A DNA stretch of 64,000 bases from Eledone cirrhosa (lineage: Eukaryota), in the NCBI GenBank assembly GCA_964016885.1, contig OZ024757.1, positions 20,398,001 through 20,462,000 on the forward strand, read 5' to 3'. Below the pieces are notes generated by a model, which saw nothing but the letters and a program-made list of their open reading frames with translations, was not told the DNA's origin and did not search any database. This document shows positions 25,846-39,022 of the stretch, piece by piece. How positions within the stretch are numbered: the stretch's first letter is position 1; every line of letters starts with the position of its first letter. Made by a program: the position numbers and the translations under genes.

Positions 25846-26454
25846 TACCCTTTTTGTGATTGTATTTCTAATGAAATACACTCTATTTCAATTAATTGAT
25901 GAATGTTTTTGAGGGATTTACAAAAAGTATTAATTATTGCATTACTTAGATAGTAACTTAACATATAATTCTTATTAAAAATTAGATTAGAATATTTCAA
26001 TTAAATAGGAACCCTTTAAAATGTCTGGTTTTGTTTCATAGAACCAGAGGTAGTTTTGGCAGGGCTGGTATCAAAAGGGATAAATATACATAAGTAACAG
26101 GAGAAACATTTATGTCAAATTCAGTACTTAACTGCTACTTTATTCTATCAACCCCTGGAAGATGAAAATGAAAATGACAGACTATAAGGTAACCCTTTCC
26201 ATACTATATTTTTAATGAAACACGTATTTTAATTAATTAATGAAGAATTTCGATGGATTTCCTAAAATTATAAATTATTTCATTAGTAAGATGGTATTTG
26301 TAACACAAATGAACCAAAGGTTGTTATCAAATTATGTTGGAAGATTTTAATTTAAATAGGAACCGGTTTTGAGTAGGTTTATATTATAATAAAGCGGTTG
26401 AAATTTATCCAGACAACATATTTAATTTAGTACTTTACTAAATTTTACTCCTGC

Positions 26455-27350
26455 TCTCAATGATTAGCTATGTTAATAACACAAAGGTAGCACAAGCAAT
26501 GAAGAACGTGGCTGATGCTACTCTTTTACAACAAGAACCGGATGCCATATGCAAATGGGCTGAGGACAACAACATGCAATATAATGCTGGAAAATTTCAA
26601 GCCCTACAATATCAATCTGCTAACACAAGGACCGTACAACACAGCTACACTGGACCAGGAGGGATCGAAATCCTCAGGTTGAATTTGATATGAGACCTGG
26701 GTATAGAGCTGACGATGCATCGTTTCATTCACACATCATGAAAATGGCGACAATCTGCAAGTGACTCACTGGCTGGATCTTGAGGACTTTCAAGACAAAA
26801 GACCGAGAAACCATGTTGGTACTATGGAGGACAGTTGTCCTAAGCCAACTGGATTATTACTCCCAACTGGGGTCACCCCCATAGTGTCAAACTAGTTATG
26901 GAGCTTGAGGCAATCCAATGAAGCTACACCAAGTGGTTGAAGGAGATGAGCTACTAGGAGATGATAAAATAATTAAAACTCTGCTCCTTGGAATGAAGGC
27001 GGGAGAGATATGCAGTGATATACATATGGAAGATCCTGGAGGGACTAGTAGCACCAAACTTTGGCATTCAGAGCTGGACAACTCTCGAACAAGACATCAC
27101 TGTGTAATGGCAAAGGTCCCCGTCTTTCACATTTAGAGAAAGGAGCAGATATTGCACTAGCCTGTAGTTCAAAGGCTCCTACTCTTTAACAAGCTGCCAA
27201 GAAACTTGAGAGATCTGTATGGCGTGGACATGGATGTTTTCAAGAAACATCTTGACACTTTGCTATCCAGGATCCTAGATGAACCCACAGCATAGAACGA
27301 ATGTAACCAAAGAGCACCAACAAGGAACTCCCTCCTATATCAATGCCAGC
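26455..27350 (+). pseudogene. CR1/L2-group LINE RT 3' fragment, degenerate
   Basis: ISYVNNTKV (YxDD-like), LQQEPDAICKWAEDNNMQYNAGKFQ and LDYYSQL motifs. Confidence 0.7.
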
Positions 27351-27421
27351 CAACACAGGGTGGGTATAGAAAGTGAAACAACAAGGGCGGATGCCTGGAA
27401 CAGGTAAAAGAGTATGTTATA

Positions 27422-27761
27422 TCATCATCATCATCATCATTTTACGTCCGCTTTTCCCTGCTTGCAAGGGCGGGACAGGAACTGATTCTGGCTTGATTGC
27501 TACAGCTGGATACCCTTCCTAACACCAACCTCATTTACAGTGAGTGCTGGGTGCTTTTTTCCTGTGGCACCTCCATGACCACTTTGCAGTGGAATAATAG
27601 GGACCCCAGCCCTATCATCGCATTTCTACAGCTGAGTAAACTGGAGCAATGTGAAATAAAGTGTCTTGCTCAAGGAAACAACACACCACCTGGTCCGAGA
27701 GTTGAACTCACAACCTTTCGATTGCAAGCCCAATGCTCGAACCACTAAGCCATGTGCCTCC

Positions 27762-27762
<1 letters not shown>
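27422..27762 (-). mobile_element. SINE-B
   Basis: Reverse-complement match to 4874-5230. Confidence 0.85.
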
Positions 27763-27796
<34 letters not shown>

Positions 27797-27801
<5 letters not shown>

Positions 27802-27979
27802 AACGAAATGTGGTAGGGAACCAGATGGACAATAACGCACCAAAGTACTCAATACTCAGGGTAGTAGAGTGGGTAATAGGACCAAGTATGACCCCGACGG
27901 CAGAGCTCAAGCCGTTTCGTCCAGAATTAGCCGTCGAAACGGCTTGAGCTCTGCCGTCGGGGTCATACTTGTTCCTATA
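27797..27979. mobile_element. Fold-back PLE-like remnant
   Basis: Palindrome at 27876-27979, same family as 16328-16452. Confidence 0.65.
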
Positions 27980-28982
27980 TATATATATATATATATATAT
28001 AATAGTAATGGGTATAATTGACATGTATATATGTGTATGTGTATATATATATGTATATATGTGTATGGGTATAATTGACATGTATATATGTATATATCCA
28101 GCCATAGATGTAAGAAAGACAGCAGGTAAGTAGCCAGTTAGGCTAGGTTATTTACTAGATGACATTTAATACTCACTGCTTTATCATCTCCCCAAAAAAA
28201 GGAAAATACACACACACACACATATATATATAAACACACACACACACACACACACGCATACATATATATAAACACACACACACACACACATATATATACA
28301 CACATATATATATATAAACACACACATATATATATATAAACACACACACACACATATATAGACACACACATATATATATATATAAACACACCACACACAC
28401 ACACACACACATCTATATATATATACACACACACACATATATATACAGACACAGGGTGTGGATGATAGAAAGAGATTTGTGGCATTGAGGAAGAGGGTGA
28501 GAGGATGAAGGAAGAGGGTGAGGGGGTGAAGGAAGAGGGTGAGGGGGTGAAAGGGAGGGACAGGGAAAAAGAAGGTAGGAAAGGGAATAACTCCAGAATC
28601 TGTTTTCACACTAAAGATACTCAGGGTGGCAGGCTTGGTGGGTGGAGGTGGAGGTGGAGATATGTGGAGGTAGGGAATGAGGGTGGAATCTACAAAGATA
28701 ATGAAATCATAATAACAATAATAATAATAAATAAATAAAATAAATAAAATCCATCAAGAAAGTAATAAAATTTTAAGTTTTCTATATTTGGGAGGTCTAT
28801 TCTGAGTGTATATGGAGTGACTGGGGAAGGGGAAGAGTGTCTGGGGAGTTAAATACCCCCCCCCCCTAGTAACCTTTCTCCCCCTCTCCATGAGACCTCT
28901 AACAAATTTTTAGTTAAAAAAAAATAGACTAAGACAAATCCTAAAAATAAAAAAAATAAAAATGAACTTTTGAAAATGAAAC

Positions 28983-30651
28983 TGTGAGTGGAATGGTGTG
29001 TGTTGGAGTGCGTAGAATGGCTTGTGTATATGTGAGTGGAATGGTGTGTGTTGGAGTGCGTAGAATGTCTTGTGTATATGTGAGTGGAATGGTGTGTGTT
29101 GGAGTGCGTAGAATGGCTTGTGTATATGTGAGTGGAATGGTGTGTGTTGGAGTGCGTAGAATGGCTTGTGTATATGTGAGTGGAATGGTGTGTGTTGGAG
29201 TGCGTAGAATGGCTTGTGTATATGTGAGTGGAATGGTGTGTGTTGGAGTGCGTAGAATGGCTTGTGTATATGTGAGTGGAATGGTGTGTGTTGGAGTGCG
29301 TAGAATGGCTTGTGTATATGTGAGTGGAATGGTGTGTGTTGGAGTGCGTAGAATGGCTTGTGTATATGTGAGTGGAATGGTGTGTGTTGGAGTGCGTAGA
29401 ATGGCTTGTGTATATGTGAGTGGAATGGTGTGTGTTGGAGTGCGTAGAATGTCTTGTGTATATGTGAGTGGAATGGTGTGTGTTGGAGTGCGTAGAATGG
29501 CTTGTGTATATGTGAGTGGAATGGTGTGTGTTGGAGTGCGTAGAATGTCTTGTGTATATGTGAGTGGAATGGTGTGTGTTGGAGTGCGTAGAATGGCTTG
29601 TGTATATGTGAGTGGAATGGTGTGTGTTGGAGTGCGTAGAATGGCTTGTGTATATGTGAGTGGAATGGTGTGTGTTGGAGTGCGTAGAATGGCTTGTGTA
29701 TATGTGAGTGGAATGGTGTGTGTTGGAGTGCGTAGAATGTCTTGTGTATATGTGAGTGGAATGGTGTGTGTTGGAGTGCGTAGAATGGCTTGTGTATATG
29801 TGAGTGGAATGGTGTGTGTTGGAGTGCGTAGAATGTCTTGTGTATATGTGAGTGGAATGGTGTGTGTTGGAGTGCGTAGAATGGTGTGTGTTGGAGTGCG
29901 TAGAATGGTGTGTGTTGGAGTGAGTGGAATGGTGTGTGTTGGAATGCGTAGAATGGGTTGTGTATATGTGAGTGGAATGGTGTGTGTTGGAGTGCGTAAA
30001 ATGGTTTGTGTGTACGTGAGTGGAATGGTGTGTGTTGGAGTGCGTAGAGTGGCTTGTGTATATGTGAGTGGAATGGTGTGTGTTGGAATGCGTAGAATGG
30101 GTTGTGTATATGTGAGTGGAATGGTGTGTGTTGGAGTGCGTAAAATGGTTTGTGTGTACGTGAGTGGAATGGTGTGTGTTGGAGTGCGTAGAGTGGCTTG
30201 TGTATATGTGAGTGGAATGGTGTGTGTTGGAGTGCGTAGAATGTCTTGTGTATATGTGAGTGGAATGGTGTGTGTTGGAGTGCGTAGAATGTCTTGTGTG
30301 TATGTGAGTGGAATGGTGTGTGTTGGAGTGCGTAGAATGGCTTGTGTATATGTGAGTGGAATGGTGTGTGTTGGAGTGCGTAGAATGGCTTGTGTATATG
30401 TGAGTGGAATGGTGTGTGTTGGAGTACGTGGAATGGTGTGTGTTGGAGTGCGTAGAATGGCTTGTGTATATGTGAGTGGAATGGTGTGTGTTGGAGTGCG
30501 TAGAATGGCTTGTGTATATGTGAGTGGAATGGTGTGTGTTGGAGTGCGTAGAATGGCTTGTGTATATGTGAGTGGAATGGTGTGTGTTGGAGTGCGTAGA
30601 ATGGTGTGTGTTGGAGTGCGTAGAATGGCTTGTGTATATGTGAGTGGAATG
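28983..30651. repeat. 48-bp satellite array (~35 units, heterogeneous)
   Basis: Unit gtgagtggaatggtgtgtgttggagtgcgtagaatggcttgtgtatat with point variants and partial-unit deletions. Confidence 0.95.
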
Positions 30652-31279
30652 TGTCCAAGAGAAAAAATTGGCATCAACAAAAATATTTTCAAAACAACAA
30701 ACTAACCAAAAAAGTGTGGTTTCACCAGCTTGTCTTATGACATGGCTTGATATTAAGAGAAACTAGCATTTGTTTTTATAATTGTGTGTGTTAACAAATT
30801 GTGTGTATTAAACGTTTTGAGAAGCTTATCATGCCTCAGTTATTACTTCAAATGTAGTGAGAGGTAATTCTCACAAAAAGAAATTGTATGAAAAATTCTA
30901 CTATATCTTATTTCTATTAAATTTAGTAGTTGGGATCCGGTGGTGCATGCTGGAGTAAGTAACCCTGGGACCAAACTCACTAAAAAAAACTAACCTTTTT
31001 AAATCCTCTCTTCCTTTTCTTTTTCTTTCCCTCATTATCATGCCCTCCCCCACCATATTCTATGTCCTTTCTCCATCATTAGCAGGAATGAAATGGGAAA
31101 TTATATATATATACTTACATGATTATAATCAATACATATTTAAGCGCAGGCATGCACGCATAATATCAGAAGGGAGGGATTGACCAGCCAAACAAAAGAC
31201 AAACCATTCAAGAGAGAAAAATATCAGAAGGGAGAGATTGACCAGCCAAACAAAAGACAAACCATTCAAGAGAGAAAAA

Positions 31280-31425
31280 TAGGTAGATAGATAGATCAAT
31301 GGATGGACAGATAGACACATGGATAGATAGATAGATAGATAGATCAATGGATGGACAGATAAATAGACACATAGATAGATAGATAGATAGATAGATCAAT
31401 GGATGGACAGATAAATAGACACATG

Positions 31426-31456
<31 letters not shown>

Positions 31457-31485
31457 CAATGGATGGACAGATAAATAGACACATG

Positions 31486-31520
<35 letters not shown>

Positions 31521-32245
31521 CAATGGATGGACAGATAAATAGACACATGGATAGATAGATAGATAGATAGATCAATGGATGGACAGATAAATAGACACAT
31601 GGATAGATAGATAGATAGATAGATAGATCAATGGATGGACAGATAAATAGACACATGGATAGATAGATAGATAGATCAATGGATGGACAGATAAATAGAC
31701 ACATGGATAGATAGATAGATAGATCAATGGATGGACAGATAAATAGACACATGGATAGATAGATAGATAGATCAATGGATGGACAGATAAATAGACACAT
31801 GGATAGATAGATAGATAGATCAATGGATGGACAGATAAATAGACACATGGATAGATAGATAGATCAATGGATGGACAGATAAATAGACACATGGATAGAT
31901 AGATAGATCAATGGATGGACAGATAAATAGACACATGGATAGATAGATAGATCAATGGATGGACAGATAAATAGACACATGGATAGATAGATAGATCAAT
32001 GGATGGACAGATAAATAGACACATGGATAGATAGATAGATCAATGGATGGACAGATAAATAGACACATGGATAGATAGATAGATCAATGGATGGACAGAT
32101 AAATAGACACATGGATAGATAGATAGATCAATGGATGGACAGATAAATAGACACATGGATAGATAGATAGATCAATGGATGGACAGATAAATAGACACAT
32201 GGATAGATAGATAGATCAATGGATGGACAGATAAATAGACACATG

Positions 32246-32276
<31 letters not shown>

Positions 32277-32318
32277 CAATGGATGGACAGATAAATAGAC
32301 ACATGGATAGATAGATAG
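31280..32318. repeat. GATA-based minisatellite (fixed core plus variable (GATA)n)
   Basis: gatcaatggatggacagataaatagacacatg(gata)n, about 21 copies. Confidence 0.9.
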
Positions 32319-32574
32319 AAAGAGAATTAGAGAGAGAGTGTGTTTAAGATGTTAATCAGTATGATAATGGTGCCAGTAGCTTGCATGAATAATGTGTCCT
32401 AGACATGTGTTGTCCACAATTAAAATATCAGTAGCCAAAGGCAAGTGCCAAGATTTCCAGTCTAGGAAACCTTCAGTTTTGCTGGCATTAAATAAATGGT
32501 TATAATCCAGCTTGTTGTGACATCTCTATAGGGATCAGAGAATATGTATGTTTGTGCAAAACACAGACGACGGA

Positions 32575-34014
32575 ATATACACAAGCCATTCTACGCACTC
32601 CAACACACACCATTCCACTCACATATACACAAGCCATTCTACGCACTCCAACACACACCATTCCACTCACATATACACAAGCCATTCTACGCACTCCAAC
32701 ACACACCATTCCACTCACATATACACAAGCCATTCTACGCACTCCAACACACACCATTCCACTCACATATACACAAGCCATTCTACGCACTCCAACACAC
32801 ACCATTCCACTCACATATACACAAGCCATTCTACGCACTCCAACACACACCATTCCACTCACATATACACAAGCCATTCTACGCACTCCAACACACACCA
32901 TTCCACTCACATATACACAAGCCATTCTACGCACTCCAACACACACCATTCCACTCACATATACACAAGCCATTCTACGCACTCCAACACACACCATTCC
33001 ACTCACATATACACAAGCCATTCTACGCACTCCAACACACACCATTCCACTCACATATACACAAGCCATTCTACGCACTCCAACACACACCATTCCACTC
33101 ACATATACACAAGCCATTCTACGCACTCCAACACACACCATTCCACTCACATATACACAAGCCATTCTACGCACTCCAACACACACCATTCCACTCACAT
33201 ATACACAAGCCATTCTACGCACTCCAACACACACCATTCCACTCACATATACACAAGCCATTCTACGCACTCCAACACACACCATTCCACTCACATATAC
33301 ACAAGCCATTCTACGCACTCCAACACACACCATTCCACTCACATATACACAAGCCATTCTACGCACTCCAACACACACCATTCCACTCACATATACACAA
33401 GCCATTCTACGCACTCCAACACACACCATTCCACTCACATATACACAAGCCATTCTACGCACTCCAACACACACCATTCCACTCACATATACACAAGCCA
33501 TTCTACGCACTCCAACACACACCATTCCACTCACATATACACAAGCCATTCTACGCACTCCAACACACACCATTCCACTCACATATACACAAGCCATTCT
33601 ACGCACTCCAACACACACCATTCCACTCACATATACACAAGCCATTCTACGCACTCCAACACACACCATTCCACTCACATATACACAAGCCATTCTACGC
33701 ACTCCAACACACACCATTCCACTCACATATACACAAGCCATTCTACGCACTCCAACACACACCATTCCACTCACATATACACAAGCCATTCTACGCACTC
33801 CAACACACACCATTCCACTCACATATACACAAGCCATTCTACGCACTCCAACACACACCATTCCACTCACATATACACAAGCCATTCTACGCACTCCAAC
33901 ACACACCATTCCACTCACATATACACAAGCCATTCTACGCACTCCAACACACACCATTCCACTCACATATACACAAGCCATTCTACGCACTCCAACACAC
34001 ACCATTCCACTCAC
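32575..34014. repeat. Exactly 30 identical 48-bp units, inverted relative to 28983-30651, flanked by a 19-bp direct repeat
   Basis: aaacacagacgacggaata at 32559-32577 and 34015-34033. Confidence 0.95.
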
Positions 34015-34314
34015 AAACACAGACGACGGAATAAAGTTGGGAAGTGAGTAAAGATGAGCAGAAACCTGTACAGTAAGTCTGTGAGTGTATGTATATGTGT
34101 ATGTAAGTGTGTGTGTGTGTGTGTATATATATATAGATGGGGAATTACCAGTTTAGACTAGTCAGACCATTGTTCAGTTTAGTACTCAATACTTAAGAAA
34201 ATAGAGTTTCTGCTCAATGGCTGAGCTCTTGCATTTTTTTCAGGCAGAAACTCCTTACAATATATATATATATAGTAAACTTTTAATCTGTGGCAGTAAT
34301 AAATACACACACAC

Positions 34315-34359
<45 letters not shown>

Positions 34360-34360
34360 C

Positions 34361-34557
34361 GAAGGAGGGGTGGTAAGGAACCAGATGGACCATAACGCTC
34401 CAGAGTACTCAATACTTAGGGTAGTAGAATGGGTAATAGGAAAATGTATGAGCCCGACGGCAGAGCTCAAGCCGTTTCGACGGCTATTTGTGGACCGTCC
34501 AGAACAGAAATAGCCGTCGAAACGGCTTGAGCCCTGCCGTCGGGGTCATACATTTTC
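34361..34557. mobile_element. Fold-back PLE-like remnant
   Basis: Palindrome at 34440-34557, same family as 16328-16452. Confidence 0.65.
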
Positions 34558-34579
34558 ATATATATATATATATATATAT

Positions 34580-34828
34580 ATCACCTTGACCGACCAGTCT
34601 GTCGAGCGGCGACGCTGGTCACAGCACGTCGTGGTGTTTTAGCCATAAGATAACGCCATCCCACTGGCTGGGAGGGCAGGCCGGTACTCATTTCTACAGC
34701 TGAGTAAACTGGAGCAACGTGAAATAAAGTGTCTTGCTCAAGGAAACAACACATCACCCGGTCCGAGAATTGAACTCACAACCTTTCGATTGCAAGCCCA
34801 ATGCTTTAACCACTAAGCCATGCGCCTT

Positions 34829-34830
<2 letters not shown>
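34580..34830 (-). mobile_element. SINE with SINE-B head and core but a different 3' part
   Basis: Head and core match at 34688-34830; distinct sequence at 34580-34687. Confidence 0.65.
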
Positions 34831-34879
<49 letters not shown>

Positions 34880-35649
34880 TTATATATATATATATAAATA
34901 TTAGATTTGTGATGTATTGAGAAAAGTGCCAATATCAGTACTCAATGCTCTAGCAGAGTGTATATATTAAGAAAAACAAAACAAGGTTTTCATTGATTAG
35001 GCTCAGTTATGAATGTTTCAATAACAACTTCAATGTGAAGCCTCGTTTTGTTCTTTATATATATGTATATATATATATATATATATAGGAAAATCTGCAT
35101 CGTAGAATCAAGACGTATCTGAGGAGCTTGTGTACCATGTCTATGTTAGCCACTGGGCACACTGAGTTCAGGCTGTGAACAGCTGACATCTCTATTCCAT
35201 AACCAGTTTTAGACGCTGCGTGATAACACCAACAAAAATTAAAATGGTGGTGATCTTGTTTGTTGGTTACAAGAGACAAATAAAAAAAAATATAAGATAA
35301 TTGCTATGGAAAGCGAAAATTTTGAAAATCATGGCGAACAATTTGAATGTATTCCTAAATACCATATATTGTCATTAAAAATGAAGTTGACATGAAATCA
35401 GCAGCATCTTTTTGTAAGGATTCACTGTTTTAAAATCCAATACTGCTGGAATAAAAATTACTAATTAAATCTAAGAGAAATTGCTGTCTATTTTATTACA
35501 ATATGATTGTTTTGACTTGTAGTTACCTTTCTTATGAGGGTTGGCTGAAAAGTTCACAGGCTGACTATGAAGGAGTGATTGATGCTAGAGCAGTGAAATC
35601 TTGCATGCATTAATTTCAACTCTTATTATTAATAACTGGATGAAAGCGA

Positions 35650-35915
35650 GGGTATGGACATGTGATGCGTATGGAGGACGACCGCTGGGTAAAGAAGTGC
35701 CAAGAAATCCCAGTAGAAGGAAGACGCAGTAGAGGAAGACCACGAAAAACATGGGTGGAGGTGGTGAGAGCAGACCTCAGATCGCTGAAGTTCACGGAGG
35801 AGATGACGAAGGACCGTGACAAGTGGAGAGATGCTGTGCTGAATAGGACCTGTCCCACCCTTGCAAGCAGGGAAAAGCTGACGTAAAATGATGATGATGA
35901 TGATGATGATGATGA
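35650..35915 (+). mobile_element. RTE LINE 3' end
   Basis: GHVMRMEDDRWVKKC...GRPRKTWVEVVRADL and a (GAT)n tail. Confidence 0.85.
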
Positions 35916-35995
35916 TAAATGTGTGTATGAACACATGCACATACGCAACAGCGTGTTGAAAAATATCCTAATCTCTTCATCTCTCTCTCTCTCTC

Positions 35996-36037
<42 letters not shown>

Positions 36038-36043
36038 TATATA

Positions 36044-37693
36044 GGAGAAGTACCTAGCCAAAGGTAAACCCCTCTACTTAGCTTTTGTCGACTTGGAGAA
36101 AGCCTTCGACAGAGTCCCCCGCTCCATTATCTGGTGGGCTCTTAGAAAACTAGGCATTGACGAATGGCTTGTGAGGGCTATACAAGCCATGTATAAAGAA
36201 ACAGTCAGCAAGGTTAGAATTAACAACGAATATAGTGAAGAGTTTAGCGTAAAAGTTGGCGTCCATCAGGGCTCTGTTCTCAGCCCCCTACTATTTATTA
36301 TTGCCCTTCAGGCTATAACAGAGGAGTTCAAGACAGGCTGCCCATGGGAACTCCTATACGCAGACGACCTGACACTCATAGCGGAATCAATGGCCGAGCT
36401 AGAGAAGAAATTCCAAACATGGAAGCACGGCCTAGAGTCAAAAGGACTTAAAATTAACCTGGCTAAGACCAAAGTACTAGTTTGTAGGAAAGAAAACAAG
36501 GCGGCGGTCCCTTCTGGGAAATGGTCGTGCTCGGTGTGTAGGAAAGGCGTAGGTAGAAACTCCATTTTATGTCCTAAATGCAAAGTATGGGTGCATAAAA
36601 GATGTAGTGGGATCACAGGTAAGCTAACTAAGAACATAGATTTTACATGTGGCCGGTGTTCTGGTGCAATAAGTAGCAGCAAGTGCCCACAAAATACTAG
36701 CTCTTTCAATTGCGCAGAGGGTTCTATAGAAATAGTGGACAGCTTCCGTTACCTGGGCGATAAAATCAGCAGTGGGGGAGGGTGCTCTGAAAGTACTGTA
36801 GCTAGAGTCAGAACTGGTTGGAAAAAGTTCAGAGAGCTTATACCACTATTAGCTGCTAAAGGGTTCTCCCTAAAAATGAAAGGCAGGTTGTACGATGCCT
36901 GCATACGAACAGCAATGCTGCATGGCAGTGAGACCTGGGCATTGTGTGCAGAGGATATACGCAGACTAGAGAGGAACGAAGCTTGCATGCTCCGCTGGAT
37001 GTGTAACAGTAATATACGTGAACGGCAGAGCATAAACGAACTAAGGAAAAAATTAGAGATAAGAGGGATCAGATGTTGTTTACTCGAGAGAAGGCTACGT
37101 TGGTATGGACACGTGATGCGCATGAAAGTCGATAGCTGTATAACAAAGTGCAGGGCAATAAAGATAGACGGTAGTCACGGAATAGGCAGACCTAGAAAAT
37201 CCTGGGACGAGCTGATAAACTCCGACATCACACACTTACACCTCTCCAAGACAATGTCACTGGACCGAGACCTTTGGCGGTACTCAGTAACAGAGAAGAC
37301 CCGCCTTACCTAAATATATAGTAAAACCTACTCCAGCCAGTAGGCATCTCTAACAAAATACACCCCGTCCCACCACCACCACCACCCCCACCCCATCCAC
37401 ACCACCCCGTTCTATGTAAAGTTATGTTGGTGCCGCGCCATCGAGGCCGAAACAAATGAGATCGTGTAGGTGTCACGACAAAAAAACACACAGTCCACGC
37501 TGTAATGTGGCCGTGTAGGCAACACGGTAAAAACCTCCCAGACCCACACTGTAAATGTGGTTGGTGTTAGGAAGGGCATCCAACTGTAGAAAACCTGCCA
37601 GACAGTCCTATGCGAGCAAGACAATCACTCTTGCCTCAAGTGGGACTACCCCCGTCCAAACCCATGCAAGCGTGGAACACGGACGTTAAACGT

Positions 37694-37724
<31 letters not shown>

Positions 37725-37725
37725 A
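36044..37725 (+). mobile_element. 5'-truncated RTE LINE: open RT frame with PHD-like finger, 3' UTR and (GAT)n tail
   Basis: FVDLEKAFD, GVHQGSVLSPLLF, LLYADDL, FRYLG and RRLRWYGHV in one open frame ending at the stop at 37313. Confidence 0.92.
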
Positions 37726-37736
37726 TCTCTATCTAT

Positions 37737-38025
37737 CTAAGGCGGGTAAAATTCCCGAGATCCATGGACGAGTTCTCTCCAGCGGTCTCTGTCCCTCATT
37801 ATCGCTGCCATGTCCTGCGTCTCCAACAGACCAGTGTCTGTCCTTAGGGCATCAACATACGTTAACCTTGGTCTTCCTCTTCTAGTGTGTCCATGTAGGG
37901 GCTCCCAAAGGAGTACTGAGTGCAATGTCAACTCTGGATGTCGGTGAGCATGTCCAGCTAACCTCAGTCTCTTCTGTGTCACTTTTGAGCTGACTCTTGG
38001 GATGCTCCCGTACAGCTCTGAGTTT
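37737..38025 (-). mobile_element. RTE-like LINE 3' fragment of a different family
   Basis: RLRLAGHAHRH...RGRPRLTYVDAL...DRDRWRELV. Confidence 0.75.
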
Positions 38026-38142
38026 TATATATATATCCAGAGAGTGTAACTTGAAGTTACTGTCGGTTCACCCAGGTGAGCACTCCATGTTTAGGTTCAC
38101 GTCAGTAGCGAAGTGTAGAGTTCAACAGAGTGTAATGTAATA

Positions 38143-38325
38143 ATTGTGTCTACTTTAGGCACAAGGCCAGCAATTACCCAGTGTATTACTGGTACTTTAT
38201 TTTATCGACCCCGTAAGGATGAAAGGCAAAGTTAACCTCGGCGGGATTTGAACTCAGAATGGCAAGGGCCGTAACTCTATGCGTCAAAGCATGGCGTCCG
38301 ACCCTCTACCGATACTGCCAATCCA
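38143..38325 (-). mobile_element. SINE-A
   Basis: Match to the 13243-13430 copy. Confidence 0.85.
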
Positions 38326-38832
38326 ATGTAATAATAAAAGGACGATTTGTTAAGCCATCATTACGTTTATTGATTGGTGATGTGTGTTTCGTTATTGATC
38401 AGCTCAAGGTTTGATCTGGAATCAAAAGCTCATCGGACCTCTGCTGTTGTAATGACAGAATGAATGGACATGGCATATAAAAATGTCTAACGTTCACATG
38501 TTGGTCAGTTTATGTCGTTTTGATTTGTGGTTTAATTGTGAGGAATGTTTCGGCCTGTATGATAGGTGGGTGGGGGGTGTAGTGACGAGGTAGTGGTGGT
38601 GGGGGGCAGAAGCAATGGTTGATGTGAGTAGCAGGGTGTGCTTATTTGGCTTGCCCTAGACAACATGTCCTGTGTATGTGGTGTGGTTGTGGTATGGCTG
38701 TGCTCAATAGGAGATGAAAGAATGCGGAGGGACGGGACGGGGGGGGGGGGGTCATCGGTTGTCAGGGGGGTAGTGGATGGGATTTCCTGTTTAGATATTA
38801 TTGTTAAAGGGCATAAGCGCTATAAGGAATTA

Positions 38833-39022
38833 ATTGTTTCCATTTTAGGCACAAGGCCAGCAATTACCCAGTGCATTACTGGTACTTTATTTTATCGACC
38901 CCCGTAAGGATGAAAGGCAAAGTTAACCTCGGCGGGATTTGAACTCAGAATGGCAAGGGCCGTAACTCTATACGTCAAAGCATGGCGTCCGACCCTCTAC
39001 CGATACTGCCAATTCACCACCC
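38833..39022 (-). mobile_element. SINE-A
   Basis: Match to the 13243-13430 copy. Confidence 0.85.

Noticed and set aside
28118-28135. cagcag|gtaagt as a plus-strand recursive site
   Set aside because: No polypyrimidine tract or branch point upstream
28910-34051. 500-580 aa ORFs in multiple frames
   Set aside because: A stop-free 48-bp satellite read in several frames on both strands; no unique coding flanks
18480-36150. LINE halves at 16466-18585 and 36044-37725 as one split element
   Set aside because: They overlap by about 35 codons and differ substantially in DNA sequence there, so they are separate subfamilies
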